A DNA stretch of 64,000 bases from Guyparkeria hydrothermalis (GCF_023555385.1 NZ_JAJSED010000001.1:1964311-2028310); one strand, 5' to 3'; counted from the first letter of the stretch, positions 1 through 9,319 are shown. Numbers and translations are program-made. Notes: generated by a model from the letters alone, not told the origin.

Positions 1-632
1 GCACCGGCGCGGCCGACGGCGACCTGATCTTCTTCGGCGCGGACAAGACCAAGGTGGTCAACGAAGCGCTGGGCGCGCTGCGCGTGCGTCTTGGCCACGA
101 CCTCGACATGGTCGAGCACGGCTTCAAGGCGCTGTGGGTGGTCGACTTCCCGATGTTCGAATACGACGAGAAGGACAAGCGCCTCTACGCCCTGCACCAC
201 CCGTTCACTGCGCCGCATCCGGACGACGTCGACAAGCTCGACTCCGACCCGGAGAACGTCCGTTCGCGTGCCTACGACTTCGTCCTGAACGGCTACGAGC
301 TGGGCGGCGGTTCCGTGCGTATCCACGACCCGGAGATGCAGCAGCGCGTGTTCAAGCACCTCGGCATCGACGAGGAGGAGGCGCAGGAGAAGTTCGGCTT
401 CCTGCTCGACGCGCTCAAGTTCGGCGCGCCGCCCATGGCCGGCGTGGCCTTCGGTCTCGACCGCATCGCCATGCTGATGAGCGGCGCGACCTCGATCCGC
501 GACGTGATCGCCTTCCCGAAGACCCAGTCGGCGTCCTGCATGCTCACCGACGCGCCGGGCGAGATCGACCCGGCCGCGCTGCGCGAGCTGTCGATCCGCG
601 TGCGCCTGCCGCCCAAGGAAGACAAGGGCTGA
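1..632 (+). CDS. aspS: aspartate--tRNA ligase, C-terminal fragment (5' end outside window)
   Basis: Open frame from window edge to stop at 630-632; translation contains class II aaRS motif 3 region ([23 protein letters not shown]) typical of AspRS C-terminus. Confidence 0.9.
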   Translation, partial: TGAADGDLIFFGADKTKVVNEALGALRVRLGHDLDMVEHGFKALWVVDFPMFEYDEKDKRLYALHHPFTAPHPDDVDKLDSDPENVRSRAYDFVLNGYELGGGSVRIHDPEMQQRVFKHLGIDEEEAQEKFGFLLDALKFGAPPMAGVAFGLDRIAMLMSGATSIRDVIAFPKTQSASCMLTDAPGEIDPAALRELSIRVRLPPKEDKG

Positions 633-744
633 GCGACACCCCGTCCTTGCAATCGGTGCTGCCGTCTATAGTCATGGATGGCAGACGTGCCCTGTTCGTT
701 GGCCGCCGGGGCAGCCCGGCGCGCCGTCCTTTCCGGGAGGCCGT

Positions 745-1851
745 ATGACCGCGAATGCCCAATCCGATCGCGCCGCGCGCGAGATCCCCGTTGCACTCGA
801 ACCCGAGATCGCCCGCATCGCGCTGGCCTCGAAGCCGGCCGCGCCGGTGACCGCCGAGGAGCGCGAGGCCCTGCGGGCCGAGATCAAGGAACTGCTGGCC
901 GAGCAGAACGCCGTGCTGGTGGTTCACTACTACGTCGACGAGGACCTGCAGATTCTCGCCGACGAGACCGGCGGGCGGGTGTCCGACTCGCTCGACATGG
1001 CTGCCTTCGGCGCCGAGCACGAGGCCCAGACCCTGGTGGTGTGCGGCGTGCGCTTCATGGGCGAGACGGCCAAGATCCTGAGCCCCGAGAAGCGGGTGCT
1101 GATGCCGGAGCTGCATGCCGAGTGCTCGCTGGATCTCGGCTGCCCGCCCGAGGAATTCACCGCATTCTGCGACGCGCATCCCGACCGCACCGTGGTGGTC
1201 TACGCCAATACCTCGGCCGAGGTGAAGGCGCGCGCCGACTGGGTGGTCACCAGCTCGAACGCGCTCGAGATCGTCTCGCACCTCAAGGAACGCGGCGAGA
1301 AGATCCTCTGGGCGCCGGACAAGCACCTGGGTCGCTATATCCGCGACAAGACCGGCGCGGACATGCTGCTGTGGGAAGGCTCCTGCGTGGTACACGACGA
1401 ATTCCGCGCCGATGCGCTCGCCGAGCTCAAGGAAAAGCACCCCGAGGCGGCGATCCTGGTCCACCCGGAATCGCCCGAGGCGGTGGTCGAGATGGCCGAC
1501 CGCGTCGGCTCGACCTCGCAGCTGATCAAGGCGGCTACCGAGCTGCCCAACGAGACGCTGATCGTGGCGACCGACCGCGGCATCTTCCACAAGATGGCCG
1601 AGGCCGCCCCCGGCAAGACTCTGATCGAGGCACCCACCGGCGGCCGCTCGGCCACCTGCGTCTCTTGCGCCCACTGCCCGTGGATGGCCATGAACGGCCT
1701 GGTGAGCGTGCGCGACGCCCTCAAGCACCCGCAAGGCCACGAGATCAGCGTCGACCCGGCGATCCGCGTCAAGGCGGTCGAGTCGATCCAGCGCATGCTC
1801 GACTTCTCCCGTCAGAAGGGCATCGTCACCCGAGGCAACAACGACGCCTGA
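745..1851 (+). CDS. nadA: quinolinate synthase NadA
   Basis: 368-aa ORF with NadA-like sequence including conserved Cys-containing segments ([17 protein letters not shown]); length matches NadA. Confidence 0.9.
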   Translation: MTANAQSDRAAREIPVALEPEIARIALASKPAAPVTAEEREALRAEIKELLAEQNAVLVVHYYVDEDLQILADETGGRVSDSLDMAAFGAEHEAQTLVVCGVRFMGETAKILSPEKRVLMPELHAECSLDLGCPPEEFTAFCDAHPDRTVVVYANTSAEVKARADWVVTSSNALEIVSHLKERGEKILWAPDKHLGRYIRDKTGADMLLWEGSCVVHDEFRADALAELKEKHPEAAILVHPESPEAVVEMADRVGSTSQLIKAATELPNETLIVATDRGIFHKMAEAAPGKTLIEAPTGGRSATCVSCAHCPWMAMNGLVSVRDALKHPQGHEISVDPAIRVKAVESIQRMLDFSRQKGIVTRGNNDA

Positions 1852-1879
1852 TGCCCGGCTCGGCCGGTGAGCCCGGTTG

Positions 1880-1910
1880 CAGGCCCGCCTCCGTGGCGGG
1901 CTTTTTTTTG
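1880..1910 (+). terminator. rho-independent terminator after nadA
   Basis: GC hairpin GCCCGCC-tccgt-GGCGGGC followed by T8 run (1902-1909). Confidence 0.8.
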
Positions 1911-1962
1911 TGCCGCTCCGGATGAGGGTGTCCGTATATTCATGATTTAGCACACAAATACG

Positions 1963-1976
1963 TGCGAATATTCGCA
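1963..1976. promoter_or_regulatory. perfect 14-bp palindrome TGCGAATATTCGCA in AT-rich promoter region
   Basis: Self-complementary 7+7 site read directly; about 113 bp upstream of the ATG at 2089; related half-site TATTCGCG near 2035-2042. Confidence 0.4.
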
Positions 1977-2088
1977 ACCCTTTTAATTCATGCAGGCACT
2001 CGTCTGATAAGAAAAATTCAGTTCCACACTCGGGTATTCGCGTCGTAGGGTGAATTCGCTGTTTCCACAACAAGACACGGAGAGAAAC

Positions 2089-2532
2089 ATGAAGAAGCTG
2101 TTCACCATGCTCGCCCTGATCATCGCCGCCCCGCTGGCGCTGCAGGCCAACACCGCCATGGCAGAGACCGAAAAGACCAAGCAGGTGGTCTATCACTTCA
2201 ACAAGTCCGACATGAACACCATCAAGGCCGGTCTGCGCAACGCGACCAACCACGTCAATTCGCCTTCCGGCCCCGAGACCGAGATCGAGATCGTGGTGCA
2301 CGGCGGTGGCATCAAGATGATGACCGAGGCGCGCAAGGATCCGCAGCTCGCCGCAGCAATCGACAACCTCAAGGCCAACAACGTCGAGTTCAAGGTCTGC
2401 GCCAACACGCTGCGCGGCAAAGGCCTCGAGGTGAGCGATCTGTACTACACAGACGAGGACGACATCGTGCCGTCCGGCGTCGCTTACCTCGCCGACCAGC
2501 AACAGGCGGGCTGGGCTTACATCCATCCGTAA
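2089..2532 (+). CDS. exported DsrE/DsrF-like (YchN-fold) family protein with N-terminal signal peptide
   Basis: ATG at 2089 preceded by GGAGA; cleavable signal peptide MKKLFTMLALIIAAPLALQANTAMA; VVHGGG...KVCANTL motifs resemble DsrE/DsrF/TusD-like family; family call from memory only. Confidence 0.5.
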   Translation: MKKLFTMLALIIAAPLALQANTAMAETEKTKQVVYHFNKSDMNTIKAGLRNATNHVNSPSGPETEIEIVVHGGGIKMMTEARKDPQLAAAIDNLKANNVEFKVCANTLRGKGLEVSDLYYTDEDDIVPSGVAYLADQQQAGWAYIHP

Positions 2533-2714
2533 GCCAGGCCGCAGGGCCTGCCTGATCGTCGGCCGCCTGTTGGCGGCCGACACCTGTCATGATCCCGGGC
2601 TCGCCCCGGGATTTTTCGTTCCGATCCATCGGGCCGGGCGATCGTCTCGGCGATGATTCGTCGGCGGACGCGCCGAGCGTCTATCATGCCGACTGGTTCC
2701 CTTCGAGCAGTTGC

Positions 2715-4586
2715 ATGCACGATTCCATTCTTCTTTCTCTGACCGCCATCGTCGTGCTCGGCATTGCCGCGCAGTGGCTTTCCTGGCGGGTGAAGGTGCC
2801 GCCGATCCTGTTCCTCCTGCTGATCGGCATCGCATTGGGGCCGATCTTCGGTCTGCTCGAGCCCGATGCGCTCTTTGGTGATCTGCTCTTCCCGATCGTG
2901 TCGCTGGCCGTGGGCGTGATCCTGTTCGAGGGCAGTCTCACCCTGCGGTTTCGCGACATTCAGGGGGTGTCCTCGACGATCCTGCGGATGGTGTCGCTGG
3001 GCGCGGCGATTTCCTGGGGGGTGGCCGCGACGGCAGCGCACTGGTTCGTCGGCCTGGAGTGGCCCATCGCCTTCCTGTTCGGGGCGATCGTGGTGGTGAC
3101 CGGCCCCACGGTCATCGCGCCGTTGCTGCGCATCGTCCGCCCCACCGCGCGGGTCACGAAGATCCTGCGCTGGGAGGGCATCATCATCGATCCCATCGGT
3201 GCGCTGCTGGCCGTCCTGGTGTTCGAGTTCATCGTCACCCAGTCGCAGGCCGGGGAAGTTGGCATGAGTGGCGTGATCCTGCCGTTCCTCGAGCTAGTCC
3301 TGATCGGCGCGTTCCTGGGCGTGGTCGGTGGTTGGTTGCTGGGGCAGGTGCTCTCGCGGCATGCCTTGCCGGACTACCTGATCAACGTCACCGTCCTGGC
3401 TTCGGTGCTGGCCGTGTTCACCACCTCCAACGTGCTGGCCGAGGAGTCCGGCTTGCTGGCGGTAACCGTGATGGGCATCTGGCTGGCAAACATGCGGGGG
3501 GTGCCGCTGGAGGACATCCTGCACTTCAAGGAGACCCTGAGCATCCTGTTCATCTCGGGGCTGTTCATCCTGCTGGCTGCGCGCATCGAGCCAGCCACGC
3601 TGAGTCAGGTCGGCCTGGGCGCGGCGCTGGTGCTCGCGTCGATCGTGTTCATCGCGCAGCCGCTCAAGGTGTGGTTGTCGACGATCGGCAGTGACCTCAA
3701 CTGGCGTGAGAAACTGATGATTGCCTGGATCGGCCCGCGTGGCATCGTGGCCGCTGCCGTCTCCGGCCTGTTTGCCATCAAGCTGGTCGACGAAGGCTAC
3801 GAGAGTGCCGTGGTGATCGTGCCGCTGACCTTCAGCATCATCGTGGGCACTGTCGTCCTTGCCTCCCTGACGGCGCGGCCGTTGGCGCGAGCGCTGGACA
3901 TTGCCTTGCCGGAGGATCGGGGGGTGCTGATCGTCGGTGCCAATCGCGTGACCCGCGAGATCGCCAAGGTGCTCAAGAAGCACGGCTTTCGCGCGGTGAT
4001 TGCCGACGGCAACTACAGCGAGATCCGCCAGGCGCGCATGGACGGGCTGGAGACCTACTACGGCAACCCCGTTTCGGAGGCCGCCGACCGCAAGCTCGAT
4101 CTGGTCGGGATCGGCCAGATGTTCGCCATGTCCGCCCAGTCGGAGATCAATAACCTTGCCGCGGTCCGCTACCGGCACGAGTTCGGCCAGTCGAACGTCT
4201 TCGTCCTGCAGACGCCGCAGGAGGTCAGCGGGTCCGACAATCAGCGCATCACCACCCAGTTCAATGCCCGCAACCTGTTCCGGGAAGGGGTCTCGCTGGG
4301 GCACCTGTTCCGGTTGATGGAGGCGGGTGCGGAGCTGTTCAGCACACGCCTGACCGAGAGCTTCGGCTACAGCGAGTACGTGGTGCACTACGAGGGGCGC
4401 GGTGAGTTGCTGTTCGGCATCAGCCCCGACGGCAACCTGCGGCCCTTGAGCGAGGAGCCCAGCCAGCGGCCGGGGCCCGGCTGGGTGCTGATCGGGTTGT
4501 ACGAGCCGACCTCGGAAACCGAGCGGCCGGCGTCTCGTTCGGGGACGAACGGCGGCGATGCCGGTGCCGAGCGGCTGCCCGGTTGA
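2715..4586 (+). CDS. CPA1-family Na+(K+)/H+ antiporter (NhaP-type) with C-terminal RCK/TrkA-N domain
   Basis: Multi-TM N-terminal region typical of sodium:proton antiporters; C-terminal LIVGANRVTREIAKVLKKHGF... Rossmann-like RCK segment; start chosen at first ATG (MHDSILL) of longer ORF 2589..4586. Confidence 0.75.
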   Translation: MHDSILLSLTAIVVLGIAAQWLSWRVKVPPILFLLLIGIALGPIFGLLEPDALFGDLLFPIVSLAVGVILFEGSLTLRFRDIQGVSSTILRMVSLGAAISWGVAATAAHWFVGLEWPIAFLFGAIVVVTGPTVIAPLLRIVRPTARVTKILRWEGIIIDPIGALLAVLVFEFIVTQSQAGEVGMSGVILPFLELVLIGAFLGVVGGWLLGQVLSRHALPDYLINVTVLASVLAVFTTSNVLAEESGLLAVTVMGIWLANMRGVPLEDILHFKETLSILFISGLFILLAARIEPATLSQVGLGAALVLASIVFIAQPLKVWLSTIGSDLNWREKLMIAWIGPRGIVAAAVSGLFAIKLVDEGYESAVVIVPLTFSIIVGTVVLASLTARPLARALDIALPEDRGVLIVGANRVTREIAKVLKKHGFRAVIADGNYSEIRQARMDGLETYYGNPVSEAADRKLDLVGIGQMFAMSAQSEINNLAAVRYRHEFGQSNVFVLQTPQEVSGSDNQRITTQFNARNLFREGVSLGHLFRLMEAGAELFSTRLTESFGYSEYVVHYEGRGELLFGISPDGNLRPLSEEPSQRPGPGWVLIGLYEPTSETERPASRSGTNGGDAGAERLPG

Positions 4587-4680
4587 TCGTTCCCCGACCA
4601 ATTTCGGCCTGCGATCAAGGGGATGGCGGCGCGGTCTTTCGGTGGGGCGAAATTTTTTCGTCATCGGCGCGCCAAAGGGG

Positions 4681-4708
4681 TTGCGTCACCGATTCGGCTT
4701 TGTATAAT
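4681..4708 (+). promoter_or_regulatory. sigma70-type promoter of tRNA operon (TTGCGT -35, 16-nt spacer, TATAAT -10)
   Basis: TTGCGT at 4681-4686 and consensus TATAAT at 4703-4708, about 45 nt upstream of tRNA-Gly; A/T tract upstream (4651-4660) may act as UP element. Confidence 0.55.
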
Positions 4709-4753
4709 GCGCGCTCTAGCAAACGCGGTCGAGCAATCGATTGCGTGAGATGT

Positions 4754-4829
4754 GCGGGAATAGCTCAGCTGGTAGAGCACAACCTTGCCAAGGTTGGGGT
4801 CGCCGGTTCGAATCCGGTTTCCCGCTCCA
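4754..4829 (+). tRNA. tRNA-Gly (anticodon GCC)
   Basis: 76-nt cloverleaf: acceptor GCGGGAA/TTCCCGC, anticodon loop TTGCCAA, T-loop TTCGAAT, discriminator + CCA encoded. Confidence 0.9.
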
Positions 4830-4831
4830 TT

Positions 4832-4907
4832 GGGTGGTTAGCTCAGTTGGTAGAGCGGAGCCCTTACAAGGCTTAGGTCGGGAGTTCGAGCCTCTCACCA
4901 CCCACCA
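4832..4907 (+). tRNA. tRNA-Val (anticodon UAC)
   Basis: 76-nt cloverleaf: acceptor GGGTGGT/ACCACCC, anticodon loop CTTACAA (UAC), T-loop TTCGAGC, CCA encoded. Confidence 0.9.
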
Positions 4908-4919
4908 TCATCTCTACAA

Positions 4920-4996
4920 GCAGCGGTAGTTCAGTTGGTTAGAATGCCGGCCTGTCACGCCGGAGGTCGCGGGTTCGAGTCCCGTCCGCTGCGCCA
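4920..4996 (+). tRNA. tRNA-Asp (anticodon GUC)
   Basis: 77-nt cloverleaf: acceptor GCAGCGG/CCGCTGC, anticodon loop CTGTCAC (GUC), T-loop TTCGAGT, CCA encoded. Confidence 0.9.
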
Positions 4997-5002
4997 CATC
5001 CC

Positions 5003-5036
5003 GAAAGGCCCGCCTTCCATGGCGGGCCTTTCTTCG
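5003..5036 (+). terminator. rho-independent terminator of tRNA operon
   Basis: AAAGGCCCGCC-ttccat-GGCGGGCCTTT hairpin followed by T-rich run. Confidence 0.8.
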
Positions 5037-5057
5037 TCTGGCGATAACGAAAGTGAG

Positions 5058-5819
5058 TCAGCGCCGCCGCTGTCCCCGTAGTGGCTGCAGCCATTGCCAC
5101 GCCTCTCCCTGCGCCCGTCGCAGTGGACGCGGTGCGGCCGTCAGGCGTTTCACGCCCGCCTCCAGGTCCTCCGGTCGCCAGGCATCGCGCCGATAGATCA
5201 TCAGCGTGTTCAGGCGATCGGGCACGTGGGCGACCAGCGCATCGGGATGGAAGTGGGCCGACAGCTGGCGATGGATCTCGACCACTGCCGGCATACTGCT
5301 GCGCCACAGATTCACCGCCAACAGGCCGTCGGGAGCGACCGCGCCGGCGAGGCGGTCGACGGCGTCATCGGGCAGGCGCGTCATGCCGCTCTCGTCGAAC
5401 AGGTCGACCAGCGCGACGTCCAGCCTCTCGGGCGGTTGCCATGCCGCTGCGCACAGGTCGGCGAACTGCAGATCGAGTCGCGGGTGATCGAGGTCGAGCC
5501 CGAAATGACGCTCAGCCAACGGTGCCAGTGCCGGGCGCAGGTCCACGGCATGGATGCTAGACTCGCTATGTTCGAGAAGAAACTTCGCCATGACGCCGCC
5601 CCCCAGCCCGAACAGCCCGATGTGGTCGGGGTTCGAGTGGAGCGCCAGCGGCAGGGTCAGTCCCCGGTAGTAGGCAAAACACAGTTGCTCCGGCATGTCG
5701 GGGCGCCATGCCGACTGCGCGGTCTGGTTGCCGAAATGCAGCGCGATCTCGCCGCTTTGCTCGTAGACTTCCAGCGGCCCGAATTCGTCGACCAACCGTT
5801 CGACCAACCGCGCTTTCAT
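5058..5819 (-). CDS. spermidine/spermine synthase-like SAM-dependent transferase-fold protein
   Basis: Translation has polyamine aminopropyltransferase-like core (HIGLFGLGGGVMAKFL ... DVALVDLFD); start taken at internal ATG (MKARLVE, 5819) of ORF 5058..5876. Confidence 0.55.
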   Translation of the reverse strand: MKARLVERLVDEFGPLEVYEQSGEIALHFGNQTAQSAWRPDMPEQLCFAYYRGLTLPLALHSNPDHIGLFGLGGGVMAKFLLEHSESSIHAVDLRPALAPLAERHFGLDLDHPRLDLQFADLCAAAWQPPERLDVALVDLFDESGMTRLPDDAVDRLAGAVAPDGLLAVNLWRSSMPAVVEIHRQLSAHFHPDALVAHVPDRLNTLMIYRRDAWRPEDLEAGVKRLTAAPRPLRRAQGEAWQWLQPLRGQRRR

Positions 5820-5918
5820 GCGGACCCTTCCACGCATGCGCCGTGAACGATGGCCATCGGCTGTGGTCTGGGACAATGCGGTGCGCGAGGCATGAGAAAC
5901 ACGAGAATCGAGGTAACG

Positions 5919-6935
5919 ATGATGAGGATCAACCTGTCAGCGGATTGGAGCGGCATCGCGGGTGCCGCGGCCATTACCTGGGCCATTATCCGTGAATGGG
6001 CGTCGGCTTTCATCCGGGGCGGGCGGGCCGCCTGGCTGGCGGTCGGTTTGCTGCTGATCGGTGCGCCGCTGCAGGCCGCGTCGTTCGAGGTGGGCGAGAA
6101 GGTGTTCGTGCCGATGTTCGAGCCCAATCCCGAGCGGGACGGATACGCGGTGGGCCTGGTCGACGAGATCCACGATGACGGCACCCTGACGGTCAAGATC
6201 GACGAGGTGGTGACCGGCAAGGACAAGACGTTGGCCGGCACCTGCCACCCATCGGGCGGGACGCCGCTGGCGGGCGCGGAGATCCTCTCGGACAACCCCG
6301 ACAAGCTGGTGATCGAGCAGCGGCTTGCTGTCGACGAGGTGATGCCCTATCGGCGCGGCAGCCAGCTGTACCTCGAGCGCGAGAACCTCAGCATCGCCTA
6401 CCTCAAGTACCTCGGCAGCGGCATGGGGATGACGCCGGACCGGCTCGATGTCGCCATTCGCCGTGCCCGCAACGTCGGTCTGCCCGACATGGTGACCGCG
6501 ATGAAGATCGCCAAGCTGCAGGTCGAGTCGACGCAGGGCCGGGGGTTCCCGGTGCCGGCGAGCCGAGCGCTGCAGAAGGCGGCGCCAATGCTCGACGAGG
6601 TGGCCAAGGTCCTCGAGTCGCATCCTGGGGCCGTCAAGGAGGCCGGGCGGATGCTGGGCGGCACCACGCCGTCGCATCGGGACGAGCCGATCGCGGCGGT
6701 GATCGTCCGTCTGCACGAGATCCTCAAACAGCAGCTGGCTGAGCTGGCCCAGCAGAGCGCCGATCCGCGAGAGCTGTCCGGTTATAGCGTCGACGACTTG
6801 CTTGCGATCTACACCGGCTGGTACCGGGTGATCACGGCGAACGACACACAGCCGTTCCAGAACGCCCAGGTCGAGTTCTATCGTGAACGGGCGGCCAAGG
6901 CGCTGGAAAACGGCAAGTGGCCCTCGCTCGTGTAG
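5919..6935 (+). CDS. hypothetical exported protein
   Basis: ORF 5850..6935; ATG at 5919 preceded by GAGGT; N-terminal hydrophobic signal-like segment; no family recognised. Confidence 0.5.
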   Translation: MMRINLSADWSGIAGAAAITWAIIREWASAFIRGGRAAWLAVGLLLIGAPLQAASFEVGEKVFVPMFEPNPERDGYAVGLVDEIHDDGTLTVKIDEVVTGKDKTLAGTCHPSGGTPLAGAEILSDNPDKLVIEQRLAVDEVMPYRRGSQLYLERENLSIAYLKYLGSGMGMTPDRLDVAIRRARNVGLPDMVTAMKIAKLQVESTQGRGFPVPASRALQKAAPMLDEVAKVLESHPGAVKEAGRMLGGTTPSHRDEPIAAVIVRLHEILKQQLAELAQQSADPRELSGYSVDDLLAIYTGWYRVITANDTQPFQNAQVEFYRERAAKALENGKWPSLV

Positions 6936-6951
6936 CTCCTTGCCCCTGTTC

Positions 6952-6994
6952 TGAAACGAAAACGCCCGAGCGATCAGCCGCTCGGGCGTTTTTC
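6952..6994. terminator. bidirectional rho-independent terminator between convergent genes
   Basis: 11-bp perfect stem ACGCCCGAGCG/CGCTCGGGCGT, 6-nt loop, flanked by A-tract upstream and T5 downstream. Confidence 0.8.
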
Positions 6995-7018
6995 TGTACG
7001 GGAGAGTGGTCCGGCGTC

Positions 7019-7270
7019 TTACTTCTGGTAACGCGCCTTCCACTCTTCGTAGGGCATGCCGTAGACGTGCTCGCGCGCGTCGGCATCGGCCAGCTCGATG
7101 CCCTGCTTCTCGGCTTCCTCGCGTAGCCAGCGCGAGAGGCAGTTGCGGCAGAACCCGGCCAGATTCATCAGGTCGATGTTCTGCACGTCGGTGCGCTCCT
7201 GCAAATGGGCGACGAGCCGGCGGAAAGCGGCGGCTTCGAGTTGGTCTCGGTTGCTGGAATCGATGGCCAT
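7019..7270 (-). CDS. DUF1244 family protein
   Basis: 83-aa ORF with conserved CRNCLSRW motif region typical of DUF1244 proteins. Confidence 0.65.
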   Translation of the reverse strand: MAIDSSNRDQLEAAAFRRLVAHLQERTDVQNIDLMNLAGFCRNCLSRWLREEAEKQGIELADADAREHVYGMPYEEWKARYQK

Positions 7271-7298
7271 GGTCGGAATGCCTCTTGAAACGGTTGGC

Positions 7299-7523
7299 TC
7301 AGCTGTCCGGGGTGCGGGTGTCGTAGGTCACCGCGTGCAGGTCGCCGGATTCGAGCGCTGGCTTGAGGATGCGGTTGAGGATCTGGTGCTGCTGCAGCAG
7401 GGACTTGCCGACAAAGGCGCTGCTGGTCACGGCGATGCGGAAATTGCAGCCCTCGCCGTCCGGCCGTACGCGGGCGTCGGGCAGTTCGGCCTGGATCAGC
7501 TCGATGATCTCGTTGTCGGTCAT
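7299..7523 (-). CDS. BolA family protein
   Basis: 74-aa ORF, BolA-like helix-turn-helix region (FRIAVTSSAFVGKSLLQQHQILN). Confidence 0.75.
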   Translation of the reverse strand: MTDNEIIELIQAELPDARVRPDGEGCNFRIAVTSSAFVGKSLLQQHQILNRILKPALESGDLHAVTYDTRTPDS

Positions 7524-7550
7524 CTGCGGATGGTCCTCCGGTCGTAGTCG

Positions 7551-8687
7551 TCAGTCTTGTGCCTGCAGGATCGGGGCAAGCAGCGCCGCGCGCCAGCCCC
7601 GAGTGAGTCGAGAAGGCCGATCCGGATTGGCCAGGTGCTGTTTCAGTTCGGCGCTGGTGGCCAGCCTTGAGGCGGTAATGCCGGCCTCGGTGGCCATCCC
7701 TGCCAACTGGGTCTGCCAGGATTTTACCAGCTCGCGCTGCTCGGGAGGCAGGGCGGGGGGACGTGGCAGCCGTGGCCAGTCGTCGGGGTCGTCGGCCAGG
7801 GCCGCGCTGACGGCGGCAGCGAGTTCGCGGCGGGCCGCGGGGTCCTTGGCCGGGGGCGACTTCCCTCGCATCAGGCGTTCGTCGATGCTCGCCGTGGTGG
7901 CGGGAGATTTGTCGCGGACGATGGCGTGGGCCAGATCGAGCATGGCCTGATCGCCCCAGATCCATCGGCGCGGGCGGTCGAGTTCGCGGGCCCGGTGCTC
8001 GCGCCAGGCGGCCAGTTCGCGCAGTACGGCGAGTCCGGCACGGCTGAGGGTCTGGACGCCGCGCACCTTCTTCCAGCGCTGCTCGTCATGCGGCATGAAA
8101 CGCTGTGGGTCGAGCTGGCGGTGTGCTTCCTCGGCCATCCAGTCGAGCCGGTCCCGGTCGGCCAGCTGCGCTTTCAGCATCGGATAGAGGGCATGCAGCT
8201 GGGCGACGTCCTGCACGGCATAGTTGACCTGCTGCGGGCTCAGGGGGCGTGCAAGCCAGTCGCTGCGCTTCTCGGCCTTGTCGAGCGTCACGCCCAAGAG
8301 GCTTTCGACCAAAGCGGCGTAGCTCATCTGTCCACCGATGCCGAGCAGCTCGGCGGCGATCTGGGTGTCGAAGACGTCGCGCGGGAGATGCCCGGCGGCC
8401 GAGAGGATCAAGTCGAGGTCCTGATCACCGGCATGCAGGATCACCGGCACATCGGTGGCGACCAGTGCCTGCCAGAAGGGGGTCAGGTCGATGTCGGATT
8501 CCGGATCGACCAGCCAGACCGTGTCGTCCGTTGCGATCTGCAGCAGGGCCAGGCGAGGGAAATAGGTGCGCTCGCGGACGAACTCGGTATCCAGCGGTAG
8601 GTAGCTGGCTCTTGCCATCGCCACGAGCAGCGCGTCGAGCGCCTCGGAGCGGATGACGAACCGGACGTCGGGCGCGTCCGGCGTCAT
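7551..8687 (-). CDS. rnd: ribonuclease D
   Basis: 378-aa ORF with DEDDy 3'-5' exonuclease motifs (LPLDTEF, YAVQDV) and HRDC-like C-terminal region. Confidence 0.85.
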   Translation of the reverse strand: MTPDAPDVRFVIRSEALDALLVAMARASYLPLDTEFVRERTYFPRLALLQIATDDTVWLVDPESDIDLTPFWQALVATDVPVILHAGDQDLDLILSAAGHLPRDVFDTQIAAELLGIGGQMSYAALVESLLGVTLDKAEKRSDWLARPLSPQQVNYAVQDVAQLHALYPMLKAQLADRDRLDWMAEEAHRQLDPQRFMPHDEQRWKKVRGVQTLSRAGLAVLRELAAWREHRARELDRPRRWIWGDQAMLDLAHAIVRDKSPATTASIDERLMRGKSPPAKDPAARRELAAAVSAALADDPDDWPRLPRPPALPPEQRELVKSWQTQLAGMATEAGITASRLATSAELKQHLANPDRPSRLTRGWRAALLAPILQAQD

Positions 8688-8728
8688 GAGGGGCAGCGGG
8701 CGCTGTGGCTGGGTCTGCCCACGCCGGT

Positions 8729-9319
8729 TCAGTCGGCCGTTTGGACGATCTGCACCGAGTCGATCCGCACCGTCTCGCGCGGGACGTCCTTGCGGAACGG
8801 GCCTGCCGCGCCGGTTGGCAGGTTCGCGATGCGATCGACCGTTTCCATGCCCTCGATCACCTCGCCGAACACCGTGTAGCCGGCTCCGGCGGCGGAGTCG
8901 TCGCGTCGGTCGAGAAAGTCGTTGTCGGCGAGGTTGATGAAGAACTGCGCGGTGGCCGAATCGGGGTCGGCGGTGCGCGCCATGGCCAGGGTGCCGCGGG
9001 TGTTGCCGATACCGTTGTCGGCCTCGTTCTTCACTGGCGGGCGAGTTTCCTTGCGCGTGAAGTCGGCGGTGAAGCCACCGCCCTGGGCGACGAAATCCGG
9101 AATCACGCGGTGGAAGATGGTGCCGTCGTAGAAGCCGTCGCGCACGTATGTCAGGAAATTGTCGACGGTGGCCGGGGCGCGCTCGTCAAACAGTTCCACC
9201 AGGATCGGTCCCTGGTTCGTCTCGATGCGGACCTGGGTCTCGGCCATCGCCATCGGGCCGGCAAGCAGCAGGCCGGCGCCGATGAACCACCCGGTGACGC
9301 GTCGAGCGAGATCAGTCAT
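8729..9319 (-). CDS. periplasmic peptidyl-prolyl cis-trans isomerase (cyclophilin type)
   Basis: Cyclophilin signature FHRVIPDFVAQGGG, N-terminal signal peptide; start at internal ATG of ORF 8729..9331. Confidence 0.85.
   Translation of the reverse strand: MTDLARRVTGWFIGAGLLLAGPMAMAETQVRIETNQGPILVELFDERAPATVDNFLTYVRDGFYDGTIFHRVIPDFVAQGGGFTADFTRKETRPPVKNEADNGIGNTRGTLAMARTADPDSATAQFFINLADNDFLDRRDDSAAGAGYTVFGEVIEGMETVDRIANLPTGAAGPFRKDVPRETVRIDSVQIVQTAD

Noticed and set aside
544-2583. 679-aa minus-strand ORF spanning nadA and neighbouring genes
   Set aside because: Lies antisense to well-supported genes (aspS, nadA, the DsrE-like gene). Its translation is Arg/Ala/Gly-rich low complexity typical of spurious stop-free frames in high-GC DNA.
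4583-4929. ORFs 4583-4876, 4716-4901 and 4741-4929 overlapping the tRNA cluster
   Set aside because: They run through three canonical tRNA genes. The tRNA secondary structures and CCA ends explain the sequence.
5058-6935. Possible genomic island inserted at tRNA-Asp
   Set aside because: No integrase or recombinase, no repeat of the tRNA 3' end, GC composition matches the host, and the terminator structure is clean.
7098-7965. ORFs 7098-7547 (+) and 7168-7965 (-) overlapping bolA and rnd
   Set aside because: They are antisense to, or out of frame with, BolA and RNase D, which have clear signatures. Low-complexity translations.
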